DNA of 53,241 nt from Catajapyx aquilonaris (GCA_000934665.2 KZ538695.1:1-53241); one strand, 5' to 3'. Counted from the first letter of the stretch, positions 34,424 to 48,475 are shown. Notes: generated from the sequence alone by a model not told the origin. Made by a program: numbers and translations.

Positions 34424-35476
34424 CTCTTAGTGCAGTGGAAAAATTCACTTAACTAGTGCGGTGGGGGGCAAATGACCCCCAGACTAAAATTATTTTTTTC
34501 TAGCTTTGCATTCCAGGATAATCAATTTTTAAAAATACCATCAGATGCAACACTTCATTAGAAATGTCATTTTCTACTCTCCCACATTGTATCTCATGTT
34601 TTTATGTAGTTAAAAAAATCCAGAAAAACATGCTGCATATTCCTTCAAAAGCAGTCCTCATGTCCACTCTGGTAACATTGTAATAATCCGAAAAAAAAGG
34701 TTCCCTAAGTACCCTCCATGCCCTTATCTACTGATAGGACGCCAGTTCCCCTAGCCTTCTTGCCCATGGGGCCTTGAGTCATCCTGCTTGGATGATTCAA
34801 GACTACGTGTTCTTGCCCACCGCAGATAAGACTAATCAGATGGAGTAAGGTACGGGAAGTGCAGAATTTCACATATTTTCCCTACACTCATATTTCGGCA
34901 AACTTTGAAAATATTTCCGATGCAGAAATCTTGATTCATTAATTTTTATAGGGCTGCATCCCAGTCAGTAGCCTATTACTGTTAGATTGGCTGTTGCGTA
35001 AGAATGCATTTGCACATTTTTCTCTTGCAAAACTGATGCTCATTTTTCTAGTGTTTATAATAAAATTATCCCTGTCTTGATAGGCCTATTCAGAAATCCT
35101 CCGTCTACAATTCAAAGCAAGAGCCTTTTCTTCAACTCCCGTGGTTTGCATACCAGACAGGATTATAGACGATAACAGAACTGATAATAGCACTGGGGGA
35201 GTGTGGGGCCAGCCCCTGTCAGGGTTCCTGCGGAGACCCGCCCTCTTTCTAGCCTGTAGCCGCGTTGCCGAATTTTCGGAAAATTCAGCTTCTTAGGTTT
35301 TTTGATTATTACAATTTTACTAACATAGATTAAAATACGTTAATAATACTAAAGTTGCAGAAATATTTGATTGACAATTAGAAAAATTCCCAAGGAGATG
35401 GGACTGTTTTAAATGCCTTTTATATCCAAAAATGAGGCCTTGGGGGTCAGTTGCCCCCCACCGCACTAACTAAGAG
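34424..35476. mobile_element. piggyBac-like non-autonomous element
   Basis: TTAA at 34420-34423 and 35477-35480. IR ctcttag..tagtgcggtggggggcaaatgaccccca / tgggggtcagttgccccccaccgcacta..ctaagag. Confidence 0.7.
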
Positions 35477-36460
35477 TTAAATAGGGGGGAAACCAGTCAC
35501 ACACACATTTTCTGGTCACAGTATCTTTCCCATACACTTTACTCAACATTGTGCTTCTCTGTCACCTTTTTCCCCAATATGAAGCAGAACAATGTTGTGT
35601 TGTTGCTCTGTTGCTGTGTGATGCCACCTCACACAGAGACTGCATTCAAATGACTGCAGTAGCACTGCACTTTCAGCCGTGTGTATCACAGCCATGATTG
35701 GTATAATACAGGTATGATGAGTGAACGCACCATTCAATTTCTCTTTTATTACTACAGTGCCAAAAGCAGCAATGGCTACTTGTATAATGTATTGCATGAT
35801 GCTCAAAAGTGAAAATATTTGTGAAAAGCATAAAATTTTGTGGGATAAAATTTACTATGGTTTAAATTTTATGATATAAAATGTCTGATATAAAAATATG
35901 TGGTGCAAAATATCGTAGCATTTGTGTGTGAGGAGTACTTCAAAAGGTGGCTTTCAAGTGAAGTGAGACTACCTGCTCCCTGCATTAGAACTGGTGGTTT
36001 TATAGAACTGCCCGATTGCCAGTGAAACTCTTGGTACTACTGAATCTCCTCTCCATACCTCCTGCCTGGTTCTACTCCTACTTGACAGGTTTTGGACACT
36101 CCTGCTCCTCCTGCTTCTCTATTTATAGCATGAAATTTTTCCTCCATTCAAATGTCATTTTTCTGCACCATTCCACTCTATTTTTTAGACCAAGAATTTT
36201 CCTGATCAAGATTTTTGGCACCACATATTTTTATAACAAAAAAACTTATTCATAAAAAATTGTGAACCAAGAAAATGCACTCAAGTTGTTTTTTACCACT
36301 AATTTTTTGGTTTTTCACTAAGGTGAAGTGGAGAAAATTCATACACCATTGATATCTCAGTTTTAAAATGGTTGCTATTCATCTAGTAGACATGACATGT
36401 TGAACCAGATCACCGTCTTATCATATACAGGTCTGGTCACCCCTCTTATCCCATTCAGCT

Positions 36461-36634
36461 AGATGCCGTGGGCGGTAGTGCATAGGATAACCTCTACAGC
36501 ACTGCTCAGGGCAAGTGAGGGGCGAGTGATTGTTGCGATCCTATTGGGCGATTCTGCATTTAGTAGAAGCACTGCGCATCGTCCTGAGCAGTGCTGTAGT
36601 GGCTATCCCACCCACTACCACCCACAGCAGCTAT
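36461..36634. repeat. Imperfect fold-back element of about 170 bp (probable small MITE)
   Basis: Arms ...ggataacctctacagcactgctcagg / cctgagcagtgctgtagtggctatcc... extending about 55 bp. Confidence 0.6.
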
Positions 36635-36928
36635 CTGAACTGGGATTTCCATAGAGCTGGGGTAGGAGTGCCAGGGCGCTGCACCAGATCATCCTGTAGT
36701 TGACCAAGGTGGAGCATGATAGACAGCCTACAAATTTTATCACTGTGTTCTTACATGCACTGAATCTTTTTTGGTTGTGCAGATATATGTGATTGCAGTA
36801 TGGTAGCAATTGAGAGGTAAAGATGTGGCAGTTACACTTCTAACCCATGAATGACTCCAATGTACTAGTAATTGGCTGTAAACTACATTGGGGTAGAAGT
36901 CCAGGGATAACTGACCTGCGGGAAGACC

Positions 36929-37123
36929 CAGTGACGCTGACGTAGCTNNNNNNNNNNNNNNNNNNNNNNNNNNNNNNNNNNNNNNNNNNNNNNNNNNNNN
37001 NNNNNNNNNNNNNNNNNNNNNNNNNNNNNNNNNNNNNNNNNNNNNNNNNNNNNNNNNNNNNNNNNNNNNNNNNNNNNNNNNNNNNNNNNNNNNNNNNCCC
37101 CCCCCCCCCCGGCTACGTCACTG
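36929..37123. mobile_element. hAT-type MITE spanning the assembly gap
   Basis: Ends cagtgacg..gtagc / gctacgtcactg. Perfect 8-bp TSD GGAAGACC at 36921-36928 and 37124-37131. The N-gap 36948-37097 lies inside, so the true length is unknown. Confidence 0.8.
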
Positions 37124-37727
37124 GGAAGACCACACAGGCAACATGTTAAGATGTAATTATAGTACTCATATTTTCTGTAATAAACCGCATTTGACATAAT
37201 ATCTCCCTCACTCTGAAATCGTTCCCATTATGCATTAAAAAACTTTATCAAAGCTCATTTTTAATGTCATCTCACACCCAGCCACACAAAAAAGTTGATG
37301 ACTCCTGGCACTGTTGATCAATTTAGATGTATCTTGAAAGGTCCAGAAGAGGAAGAGTTAATGGTGAATGGCCTCTTATCAAAATTTTTGTTCAAGGTCT
37401 CCCAGGGGAAAAAAGGTCACTGCAGAATTTCCCCAGTGTGCTGGAGGAATACGTAGACACTGACATTGATTATGTCAGTGTATGTGAACTGTAGGCTATG
37501 TGATAAATGTGCCTATATTGTGGAAAAGTCAGGGAATATATAAATGATTCACTGGACATGTATTTTGAACATGTTTTACAAACCAATACTTTTCCAGTTA
37601 AGTGAACATAACTAGTTCATCTGCTGTATACACATACTTTAAAAAGTGGATGGTCTTGTCACTTTACGTACATATTTTTCTTTCCATGACATTCCCCTTT
37701 TGAACACATTAGTACTGACATTAACTA

Positions 37728-38053
37728 CAGTAGAACCCCGATTATCCGACTCCTTGGTTTATCCGACGGTCCTGCACTGGCAATAAATCAACGTTTTCTC
37801 ATGAAATACTGTAATGTTATGCGCATTTGTTTGTTTTGCCTTAATTAAATTGTAAATACTCGTACAGTACAGCAGAGTGTGTATGCAAAAGAAAAATACT
37901 TCACTGTTTCTTAGAAAACCATAATATTGTACTTTATTTCATGTTATGTTTTTTGTTGTGTTTTATGGAAGTTTTTTACTCCTCAGATTATGAGACATTT
38001 TCGGTTATCCGACGATGCCCTAGTCCCGTGGGTGGATAATCGGGGTTCTACTG
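37728..38053. mobile_element. Tigger/pogo-type MITE
   Basis: TA|cagtagaaccccgattatcc ... ggataatcggggttctactg|TA. Confidence 0.88.
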
Positions 38054-38575
38054 TATTGTTATCTTGCGTTTTGTAATAAAATTATAGGATTGATTACATG
38101 GGTAATTACCAAAGTTCGTAGTTCCAGAGAGAGAGAGAGTATTTGAGGAAGTTTGAAGAGGAGAAGCCTGCTAGCAGTAACAGTCAGGGCCATAGGAATT
38201 GTTCTCTCTCTTTGACTTGGTTGCTAGAGTAAACAATCCATAAATTTTTAACCTACACCCTGTACCTAGTTTAACTAGGGGTGTGAGCAGTTCACCACCC
38301 TTTTAATGACATGTGTTGACTCTATAGGCTGTTTACCTCGATCTGAAATACAGTATATAGGCCTACTATATTACTGCTAATCGTCCTTTATTAGGAATCC
38401 TAGCCTTTGTGACCTATGTCACCTTACCTAATGGCCTATTTAAGAAATTATTTTTAAATTTTGATTATTCTAATGTTTGTTTCCAGAGGAGAGGTTAAAT
38501 AAACATTGATTGATTGATCTTTACTTGGATTTTGAAAATTCTAGCAGTACTGCATACACCCTGATCAAGGTGCAC

Positions 38576-38831
38576 AATTGAGGGCTGTGGGGGGAAAACA
38601 TGATAACTGACATTTTTGTCAGTTTTTACCTAAACACCTAGCAACTATGTATAAGACATGACAAACAGTTTGGTATACTCCAAGTTCATGTATCATGCAT
38701 GAGACGGCCACACGGACTAGCTCAAAACCAGCATTCCCTATGATTTGTTAAGCAAATTCAAACTTCAATTCGCTCTCCTGAAAAATTACTCTTTTTTCAG
38801 TTATCATGTTTTTCCCCCACACCCCTCAATT
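38576..38831. mobile_element. AATT-flanked MITE with GAG...CTC termini
   Basis: aatt|gagggctgtggggggaaaacatgataactga ... tcagttatcatgtttttcccccacacccctc|aatt. Confidence 0.8.
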
Positions 38832-39208
38832 GTTCGCAGATGTGGTCAAATACAGAAGCTGCAATTTGGCACTTCAATTGAGGTGCAACAAGCTACACAA
38901 AAATAACATGTTCGGGTGAAAATTGCGATACCTATAAGGTCTCGGATACTTGGTATACACTGTGTACAAGGGTAGCATAAAAAAATCGAGAGCAGTAGAT
39001 GGTGGTCAATGGCACATTGCATGTTGAGACTCTGCTGAGGACTATTCATCCAACCAGATCCCAAGGAAATGGTCTGTCTAACATGGTGGTCACAACCTGT
39101 CCTTATGTAACTACCAGTATGAGTACTCTTGTTCTTCAATATCAGTCTTCCTGACAGGCTTGCAAATATAAAGTTGTCGTTCACTCCTGCATACCAGCTT
39201 ACTGATAT

Positions 39209-39463
39209 AATTGAGGCGTTGATAGGAAAAACAACAGATGTCCAAAAATTTCACACGAGCAATCATGTGTCAGAGCCCGAGATTATCGGTCGCAGCCTGT
39301 GTCATTTTTCCAAGTAATATTTTAAAAAGATTCCAAGTGTCATAAAGAAGTCACTGTAATCCTTGAAAACCTAGTAATAAAATCCAACAAGGAGTGTTTT
39401 TTGTCTTTTTCTCTAAATCATGCTTTTGTGATATCTGTTGTTTTTCCTATCAACGCGTCAATT
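39209..39463. mobile_element. AATT-flanked MITE
   Basis: aatt|gaggcgttgataggaaaaacaacagat ... atctgttgtttttcctatcaacgcgtc|aatt. Confidence 0.8.
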
Positions 39464-39626
39464 GCTCACGTGAAAACGTTTTTAAGTAAGAATGTCTTGG
39501 TTAATTCACCAACACAGTTGCTTAAGACATTTGATACTCCCTGTGATTGCTGGGAAACTGCCTTCTAATACAGTGTTTTTATTTTGGCCATCCCTTTTGT
39601 GCACTGCTGGCATACCAGCTCCATAA

Positions 39627-39846
39627 AGGTGCATTCACATATCGGCGACTGCGACTCCGTGCCCGAGCGACGGTGCGGCCATGGTGTTGCCCAGCTGCTA
39701 GAGGCCCGGTAGCAGAGCTGTTTGGAGCACTACATTGTGACAGCATCCACTGGACGGGAACTCCGTCGCTGGGGGCACCGCGTCGTGGATCTGCGGGGCA
39801 CAGAATCGGTCGCTGGGCACAGAATCGCGGATATGTGAATGCACCT
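39627..39846. mobile_element. PIF/Harbinger-type MITE
   Basis: TAA|aggtgcattcacatatc ... gatatgtgaatgcacct|TAA, with a GC-rich interior. Confidence 0.85.
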
Positions 39847-40079
39847 TAAAGATCCATAAATCCATCCATAAAGATACATGGTGTTTTTCAACGTTCTTTA
39901 TTTATTTTGCTGGCATGAGTAGGATTCATAGTACAGAATTATTGCTACTGAGTGTGTTATAAAAAAGGTATTGTTTCAGCCTTTTTTTTGTCCAGTGCCT
40001 AGCATCAAGGTTCAACTTTACTCAATTCCAATGGCCTTTTGAAATGTAAAAATAATATATCAATATCCTTAAAGAATAC

Positions 40080-43000
40080 TTAATGCTTTTTTTCATAAAA
40101 TTCTTTCATGAAAGCTGCCAATGTCTTGACATTATCCACGGTGATAGCATTGTACAAAGAGGCACGCATACCGCCAACAGTCCTGGAATTAGGAATATCA
40201 TAAGATTTTATATTCCAAACTGCATGTCATAACATTACCTATGGCCAGCTAGTTGCAGCATCCCATGCTTTTCTGCCTCAGCTAAGAACTCCTTTTCAAG
40301 ATTTGCATCACCGTCTGTACCACCAACTCGGAATGGGACGGTAACACGACTGCAATATTTCTTTTCAACTGGGCAGTGATAGAACTTGTTGGATGACTCA
40401 ATTGCATTGCTGAGTATTTTGCTCTTCATTTCAGAATTTTTCTCCATGGCTGCCAAGCCGCCATTCCTTTTAATCCACTTGAGTACTAGACCCAGAATGT
40501 AAATGCTGAAATATCCATAAACAAAATTATTGCATTTCCACCAAGAGCCCTGGGAGAATGGTAACACAAAGGAATTTCATATCATGCATACTCTTAGGAC
40601 CTGAGTACACTACTGAAGGAACAAGGTTGGGTCAGCCCTTATTGCTTCCTCAACAGTCCAAAAGGAATTGTGGGAAGAGAAGGGGTAGTCGTGGTGGAGA
40701 AAGGGGCAAATTAAAGTGATTGCGACAGGTTCTTCTTTTGGTGTGCTCATGCTATGGACCTTGATAGCATCTCAGTCAGTATGACATGCTAATAATACAG
40801 AAAATTTCATTACACCCTACAAAGGCAAACAAATTACCCCTGCCATGCAAATAAAAATACTGTAGGCCTATCCTAGAAACCTCAGTTCCAGTGTACTAAA
40901 TTTCATAAGGTGAAAATTTTGTAACTTAATTTATTTCAAGTGAATCTGAAATCCCATTGTTTTCCTGGAGTCTCCAGTATTGGTTTATTAATACAGTACT
41001 TACTTATATGTTGGTGGTGTGTTCAACAGGGAATTTTCCTTTGCTGTGGGAGCATAATCCAGGATGGCTGGGCACAGAGGCAAAGCATTTCCAATGAGAT
41101 CATCTCTCACAATTACCACACTGATCCCTGCGCACCCAATATTCTTTTGAGCACCAGCAAAAATTATTCCAAACTGGGGGAAAAATATATACAAGTACAA
41201 TACATAAGTTATTTCATTTGACCAGCTGGAGGGGGGGAAGGGAAACTTATTGCCATGCATAGAGAGTGCATTCCAATTGAAGTGACATTTTGAAAGCAAG
41301 CATGTACTCACTGCATTTAAGTTGCCACATAGGTATATGATTGTAAGCTTGTAAGCACACAGCATCCTATATTCACCACTGTATGCACCTCTTGGTTTTT
41401 AGGACTAACTACACACAATAAGCACAATGAAATCTGGACATGTCATGTTCAGTATGTGGGAAGCTAGGAGTACTGTGCTGAGTACATATCAGTGAAATGG
41501 TAGGGTAATTCCAGGGTATACAGGGTGAAGGGAAACTCGCGCCCAATCGCCATGTAGACTGATAGTACTCGCAAAACTAATATAGGGATGTGCAATTAGT
41601 TTTTGGCGCAGTTGCATAGTTAATGTGTACAGTGCCTTTAAAGTGTAGAGGGCCGGATTGTAAAATATGAGGCAAAAATGACAAGTGCACGGATGTCGTA
41701 CCCGGATTTTTACTTTGACGGGATTTGATCACCTATTGCACATGGACGATGTGTTACGGACCCAAGGCTGGATTGTTCAGAGGCCCTTGAGATGGCTTTT
41801 TCTTCTTTATAGCTGGCGGAATGGATGTGACGTCATGAAAGTTTGACGGCACCATACACATTAATTATGCAACGGCGCCCAAAACTAATTGCACATCCCT
41901 ATATTAGATTTACAAATACTATAAGTCTACCTGGCGCTGACGATTGGGCGCGAGTTTCCCTTTACCTTGTATAGTGGGGGCATTGGGTCTGCCCATTGAA
42001 TATGTCATGGTCTTTTTAGTGTTTTTTTTACTCTTTTGCCATTACTTCATGTCACGATTGATTAAATGATTGGGCTTTTAATGGCACAAAAGCAGCAATA
42101 CTCTCTTGTATTCAGCTCACAGAGGGCATCATGTCCTTTCCCCTTTTAGACTTTTTTTTATAATGGCATTTATGTATTTACATGGGGTTATTAAAAGTCA
42201 ACATGTTTACAAAGTAACATGCCATTACTGAAGCTAGCAGGCCCAATTTTATACAGAGCCTTATACACAATTTCACTATAACATGGCAAATCATTACATT
42301 CACAACTGCAAGTACCCAAGTATCATATATGTACTTGCTTGCATGTCCTCACAGCTGGGCAAACACATCTTAATCCCCATAATGATCCTTCATGCTACCA
42401 TCAATGCCTTGTATCCCTCACTCCCAACAGAAACTTGGCTTACTTTATGGATGGGCCCTTTGCCTAGCACAGCAGTAGCAACATTTATAGTGATTGATGT
42501 ACTGTAGCTTGCAATTATGCAGTTGTTAATTATTTTACTGTGCATTATTTACAAACCTTGGAGACATCAACTTTCTTAGTCATGATGTTAGATGACATGT
42601 CAGCTACAATTGGCACATTACCAGTGCAAGGAACCTCTGGGAACTCCACACCTAGAATAAGAAACACATTCCGAAATATTAGAACTTAAGTAGCCTACAT
42701 AGCCTGGGTTACTACACAGCACCAGAGTATTGACTTCTCATAAAGGATCAACATCAGTAACTGATCTGACTTTATTTTATGAAGGCAGATATACTCTTAA
42801 TGTGCAGATATACTCTTAATGTACAAATATACAGTTTACACTGATATAGGCTATTCTTTCTTTTAATAAGTCTTCCTTATTGTCCTATGACAATTTTGAA
42901 AGATAAATGCAGCATCACTCATTGTGTATATTGCCTAATTTTCCCATCCCCTTATGGCTCAATTATAGGCATGATTAGTATGTTCTGTCTTGTATCATAC

Positions 43001-43924
43001 ATGTGATGGTTCTTGGCGAATTATTACTATAGGATTGCCTGTGAATATTATTTATATTTTGTATCTCATACTGATGTATGTAATTCTCAAAGGAAGATTC
43101 CCTCATCTAGACCTGCTTTTTTTTTCTTATTTCATCATCATTGTGAGGAGACAAGTAGATACTTCCACAACTGCAGGAAACTGAAGAATCATTCACGAGG
43201 AATGTATTTGTTAACCCAGATATGTCTTATCATGTCATCCAATAAGAAGGACAGCATGCACTGCTGCCAACTAAGTTGTATTTCCTCAGTAGGCTACTAT
43301 TTAAGATATTGAGATGGGAGTTTGTGTTGTTTTCTATAGAGGATTGTTCATTCCACACACACACAAATGTATGCTGGCATGGAAGAATGTTGCAAATGAT
43401 TTTTGGCAACTTTTCAGGAGATGTGTTTTTCTGCCGAGGCTCCCATGCAAAGTGAATGCACTCTTGCTGGAATGTCCGGCTTTTTCTCGGCTAAATGAAC
43501 AGATAGCTTTGGGTGGACTATACCGTTCGAACCAGCTGGTCATTTGCTACATTTCTACAGTGTCAACTCAAAACAGCCAAAATGACACTTACAACGTTGT
43601 TCCATGCCAGCATTCAAATATACAATATCTGGGTGGGGTTAACTCTGCCCTATAAGATGTCCATCTCCAGGCCATTCAGTATTTGAAGCTTCTGAGATGA
43701 CATTGGTTGAAAGTTAAGCTAAGCGCTTAATTTTGAGAATACTATATATTTCACACGTGTAACTTTGACCAACTTCATCCATTTGTTATACTGTACTTAT
43801 CAATTAAAAAGTCAGTGCAGCAGGTAGTTTAGGTAAGATCTACCATCATTTTATCATTTCATTGAGATATTTACATAATGATTAACAAAGCGCTACATAG
43901 GGATTATTATTATTAATGTTATTA

Positions 43925-43985
<61 letters not shown>

Positions 43986-45154
43986 GCTTCACTCACCATG
44001 CACAGTTTCATTGTCACAATAGTACACATATGATGCATTTGGATCCAATTTCCAAGTTGACTTGTCTGGAATGGTCGTGTACTTGCTGGCCTTTGGAATG
44101 ACAAGGTTTACTTTCCCAAATTTGGCTGCTTCCTTAGCTGCCTTATCAGACCAGTTGCCTGTGGCAAGAATAAAAAATGTATCATCACATGCTCTAATAA
44201 TGTCACCAATGCAAAAACAAACAAAAAATCGCACATGCCTGTGACAAAATAATCAGCAGTTCCTGTCCTCCACATTAAGTTTAGTGGCACTGCTGCAAAC
44301 TGTCCAGTAGCTCCTCCATGCATAAACATAATTTTGTAGTTGTCTGGGACATTGCTAAAAACAACATTAGGTCAAAATAAGTAGCTTTCCAGCACAAAAT
44401 ATAATTATTAAGGGTAGTTAAAGACTACACAAGTGCACAGATGGCTTATTTGCGTTACTTATTTACTCACAGTAGATCTTTAATGTGTTGCTGGGCTTCA
44501 GTCAAGATTTTTTTGAAGTCTCCTGAACGATGACTTATTTCCATGGCAGAGACGTACGTGTTTCCATAATTCAGAAATTCTTTCTGGGCCTCTTCTAGGA
44601 TCTATAATTGGATTATTTTAGGTTAAAGATTCAATGCTTCAAATAACGCATTTTTACAATCAATTTTTTAAATCATTGAATTCATCATTCTTATCCTGAC
44701 GATGTTACCACATTATACTCGAAAGAAAAATAAACTTGCATATCGATAGGCCCACATAATTATGATCGGTAGTACACGGATAGAAACTCGAGAGCTCAAC
44801 TGGGAAGCATATGAAACAACCTTGAACTTTTAAGGTTATGCCAAATCAGAATGTACTGTACATTTATTATGCATTAAGTATGACCGATAAGCAATGAAGA
44901 TATCCATTGCATTTTAGCAGCTAAATGGCTGAGACATTACATTATTTTGAGTCTGTTCTTATCAAACACCCTCATTGGAAGGCTTCAAAGTAGCCTTGGC
45001 CCTGCTGAACGAGGACGAATTCTCAAGGGCAAGTCCATCATCACGCATTCCATTGCTTGTATTTCTGTTGATATGCACTTATAAAAGTGAAATTACTGAC
45101 CTCATTTGGCAACTTGGCCGGACCTGCTCCGAAGTAGATGATATTGTCTGCCAT
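40080..45154 (-). CDS. PSAT1: Phosphoserine aminotransferase, 365 aa
   Basis: Eight exons: 45154-45101, 44601-44471, 44354-44239, 44158-43997, 42651-42557, 41173-41004, 40505-40239, 40182-40080 (1098 nt). Motifs [52 protein letters not shown] (PLP lysine), [19 protein letters not shown]. Intron 3 has a GC donor. Confidence 0.97.
41521..41969. mobile_element. Tc1/mariner-type MITE with long TIRs in a PSAT1 intron
   Basis: TA|cagggtgaagggaaactcgcgcccaatcg ... cgattgggcgcgagtttccctttaccttg|TA. Imperfect arms extend about 115 bp. Confidence 0.88.
43903..43983. repeat. (ATT)n microsatellite in a PSAT1 intron
   Basis: Direct reading. Confidence 0.97.
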
Positions 45155-48100
45155 CCTGGACTGTGATACTTTTCTCCTGCACTACGGAAGGATCCTCCCT
45201 CGTTAGTGTTCCGAAGAGGTCTGAGGCCCCTTCTAAGCTGCAGATGCGAGATATATACCCCGGCTCCCAGTCAGCCGGATTGATAGCACATCGGAGGAGG
45301 CCTAAATGAGCCCGTTAAAAAATGCGTGCCCGAGGGGCAGGGTGGAGGGATGATGGTCAACGAAAATGACCTTCGATAGCTTGGAAAAGCTGATGGAACA
45401 TCTACAGAAGAACCGGCTCTACCTGGCTTCAAAATAGTATACCATTCATTTTTATCAACCAAAATACATACGGTATTTTAGGGAGAAAAATTATATATTG
45501 CTCCTATCAATGTTGAAGGTTATATATAAGGTTCATCATGATCTGGTCATAACTGGTCTCTTGAGGTAATTTCCAACCGGTTCGACGTGATATCCCCGCC
45601 ACTACGCCTCTTCCCCAACATTCCCTCTACCAGTCTACCTTCTTCACTTTATTATTCCTTCACCTGAAGCAAGCCTGAAGCTATTTGTCACCTCCAGACT
45701 CCCGGTCTCTTGCCTCAGACGGGCCAATTATTCTTCCAGATTCTCACACGATCACAAATATTGCCAAGTATTTAATGCAATGGCTGGGTATTATAGCTTC
45801 AGTTCGGTTCATGATGCATTTCAAAGTTGAAGGTCAGGTGTCTACAAATGGGTTAGAAACCGTCAACTTTATAAGAATCTTTTCTTGTGAAAGTTGGAGG
45901 GTATAGCTGTAGAGCTTAATGTTGTTTTCAGGCACTTTTGTGAGTTACGACATGTGAAAAGGAAAATGAAAGGTCAAACTCGTCAGTATATTGACGCCGC
46001 TTTGTACCCTCCTGAGACCCGAGAAAAACTGGGTGACACAATGTCAGTTCCTGTTGCATTTTCTGAACATTTTGCCAATAAGAAACGAGAAAAAAAATTA
46101 TAGTTCTAAAATATTGACCAAAACAATGACAAAAAAATGTCCTCCTACGATGACATTATGACTCAATTGCTGCCACAAAAGCAGAACGGAAGAATGCTGA
46201 AAGTTAAATGCCACTTGATGGATTAGTCACAAAGTGCTCTATCCTCCAAACAATGTTTTTTTAAACATTCATTTGTGTAATTCGTGGTAGCAATTCCTCT
46301 CAGAAGGCAGTTAAAGATAAATATGAAGATTATATTTCAAGGCCAAAACTCTAGGTATGGGACTTGCTTCTTCCCTTCTCACCTCATAACATGGTACCTC
46401 GCTATTCTAGATTTCAAAACTGAACTGTAGTGCAAAGCACACTTCCTTATGGGTGTATAGGTATAGGCACAAAGGTCACAACCCATTCAGCGAAAAAAAA
46501 AAAATCCCCACTCTGGCTACTTTCATCCTGTAAGAAAATATATCATATTCATGACATAGACACTCCACCAGTCCTGACTATCTCATTTAGGTCCGAGAGC
46601 TGGTGTGATATGTGAGTCTGGAGTGTGTCATGTTTCGTCTGAACTCTAATAATTTGAACCCTCTAATGAGACGTTTCTCAGGCAGCTGACACTGTTCGAT
46701 CCTTCTTAAGGTCTTTAGGATGCGTTTTCATGTAGGCTCCTCTGTTACCTTGGCACCTTTTATGATGGCCTAACATGTTGTCTCATTGGGCAGGAGAGGC
46801 TCAGCCTCCTTCGCTTCCTGTATATACTAACATGACCATGCATGTGGAGCACATGCCAATTTACTCCAGATCCGATTACATATTATCACCCGTGAATATC
46901 CTCGTTCTGGATTATGTCTTTTGCATGGCAGGCTTTATCTATGACTTGTAGCATGACCTCTGTGATAATAGTTATCAGCGAAGTCAAGGCTAAAATAGTA
47001 GAAATACTAAAGAATTCTTTCCGTCATATGTCTTACAACACTATCGTATCTCATGAAACGAATCATGAAAAAAATGGTGGGTCTGAAAAGGTTACATTGT
47101 ATTCTGCAGCATTTAGACCTATTTGCATAGTTTGAGATTTCAGGGCGCAAAGCAGAAAATCCGATTGTCATGTTTAGTAGTAGAGTGACACACTGCACCT
47201 GTACTCTACTTCATTTGTAACTTGCGTGTAATAAATATACCTAATCAGCAAGATATACGAGTACTCCTGTTCCAGATATTGCAATCATTTCCGATTGTTA
47301 CTTGGCAGTAGTTTCTCACCACTAAATATTGACCCCTACATATTTCCCCCTGCATGATGGTCCAGAATATTCATATTATAATGTATTATATTTTTCATGT
47401 CGTGTTATTAATAACTAAGAGCCGCAATATAAAACCTTCCAGGGTCATCAATAAGCGTTATCAGCACGTTATAAATCGGAGGAAAATTTGGTTGTAAAGT
47501 ACACGTGTACAGTACGTATAGAGTCTCGTTTCCCTCTTCTTTATCGAATATCATATACCGGTACCGGTATCCTGTATCATTGTATGTTACAAGGGGTCGT
47601 AAAAGTTAATGGAGCTGCCCATACATATATGTATGGGCAGCTCTATGTATACATCCACATCGGCCCATGGTCTATAATTAGACCTGAGGCCAATTTAGGC
47701 CAGTTTTGGAAACTCGGTTTCTTGCATACTTGCTGCTCATTTAAAAGACTGCTTTTCCAGTAAATCCCTCACACATTGTCGGTTTCACGCCTGGGTAATT
47801 CCATGTGAGATCACCCCCCCAAAAAAAAAACTAAGATTCACCCCCTCTATTTTTTAATAAAACTGAAAATTGGAATATAAACTTACACCATAACAATGAA
47901 ATATAACATATACATTCTTGAATCTTGGGGTCAATCGTTCACAAGTTACAAGCAAATGAAAAATTCCAAAAACCGAATACACGTGTTTCAAAATGGATTT
48001 ATTTCTGAGTAGTTATTTATCTTACCTTAATTATTTTAGTATCAAATTTTTAGGAAAGGGAACTACTTTGCAATCTAGCCTATATTTGAAATTTTTTTAA

Positions 48101-48419
48101 AGCTATGCTTCAAAACATTTTTATGGGGGTCAAAATCCATGACCTTTGACATTTCAAAACATGTATTTTTTGAAAATTACGTAAAAATGTACAATGACAC
48201 TACAGACATATATCTAACTTGCCCATAAATTTAAACGAACAATTTTGCTTCGTTTTTGAGAAAAAAAAAAACCGATAATGATGTACTGCCAGGCTACCGA
48301 CTGACCTCCAGTATTGAGTGCTTCTGCTTCTGCATGTCACTTACCCATAACTGTTCAAATACTTCTAATGTCAATTAAAGCCGTGGAATACAGAGCTCTT
48401 CCTGAGAGAAGGCGTTTCA

Positions 48420-48475
48420 CACGTAGTGTAGTTCCAGCAAAAAGGCGAGCCTTTTGGCTGGAACTACACTACGTG
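48420..48475. repeat. Near-perfect 56-bp palindrome
   Basis: 27-bp arms cacgtagtgtagttccagcaaaaaggc / gccttttggctggaactacactacgtg with one mismatch and a 2-nt loop. Confidence 0.9.

Noticed and set aside
43916..44101. Poly-Ile membrane peptide ORF
   Set aside because: Translation of the (ATT)n microsatellite, antisense to PSAT1.
20000..45154. Metabolic gene cluster (methyltransferase, PITRM1, MESH1, PSAT1)
   Set aside because: No shared pathway is established, and PSAT1 is separated by 6 kb of repeats and has its own promoter region.
45894..46210. Independent gene upstream of PSAT1
   Set aside because: Short fragments only. The YDDIMTQ...ATKAERK-like tail looks like a decayed transposase end and is too weak to annotate.
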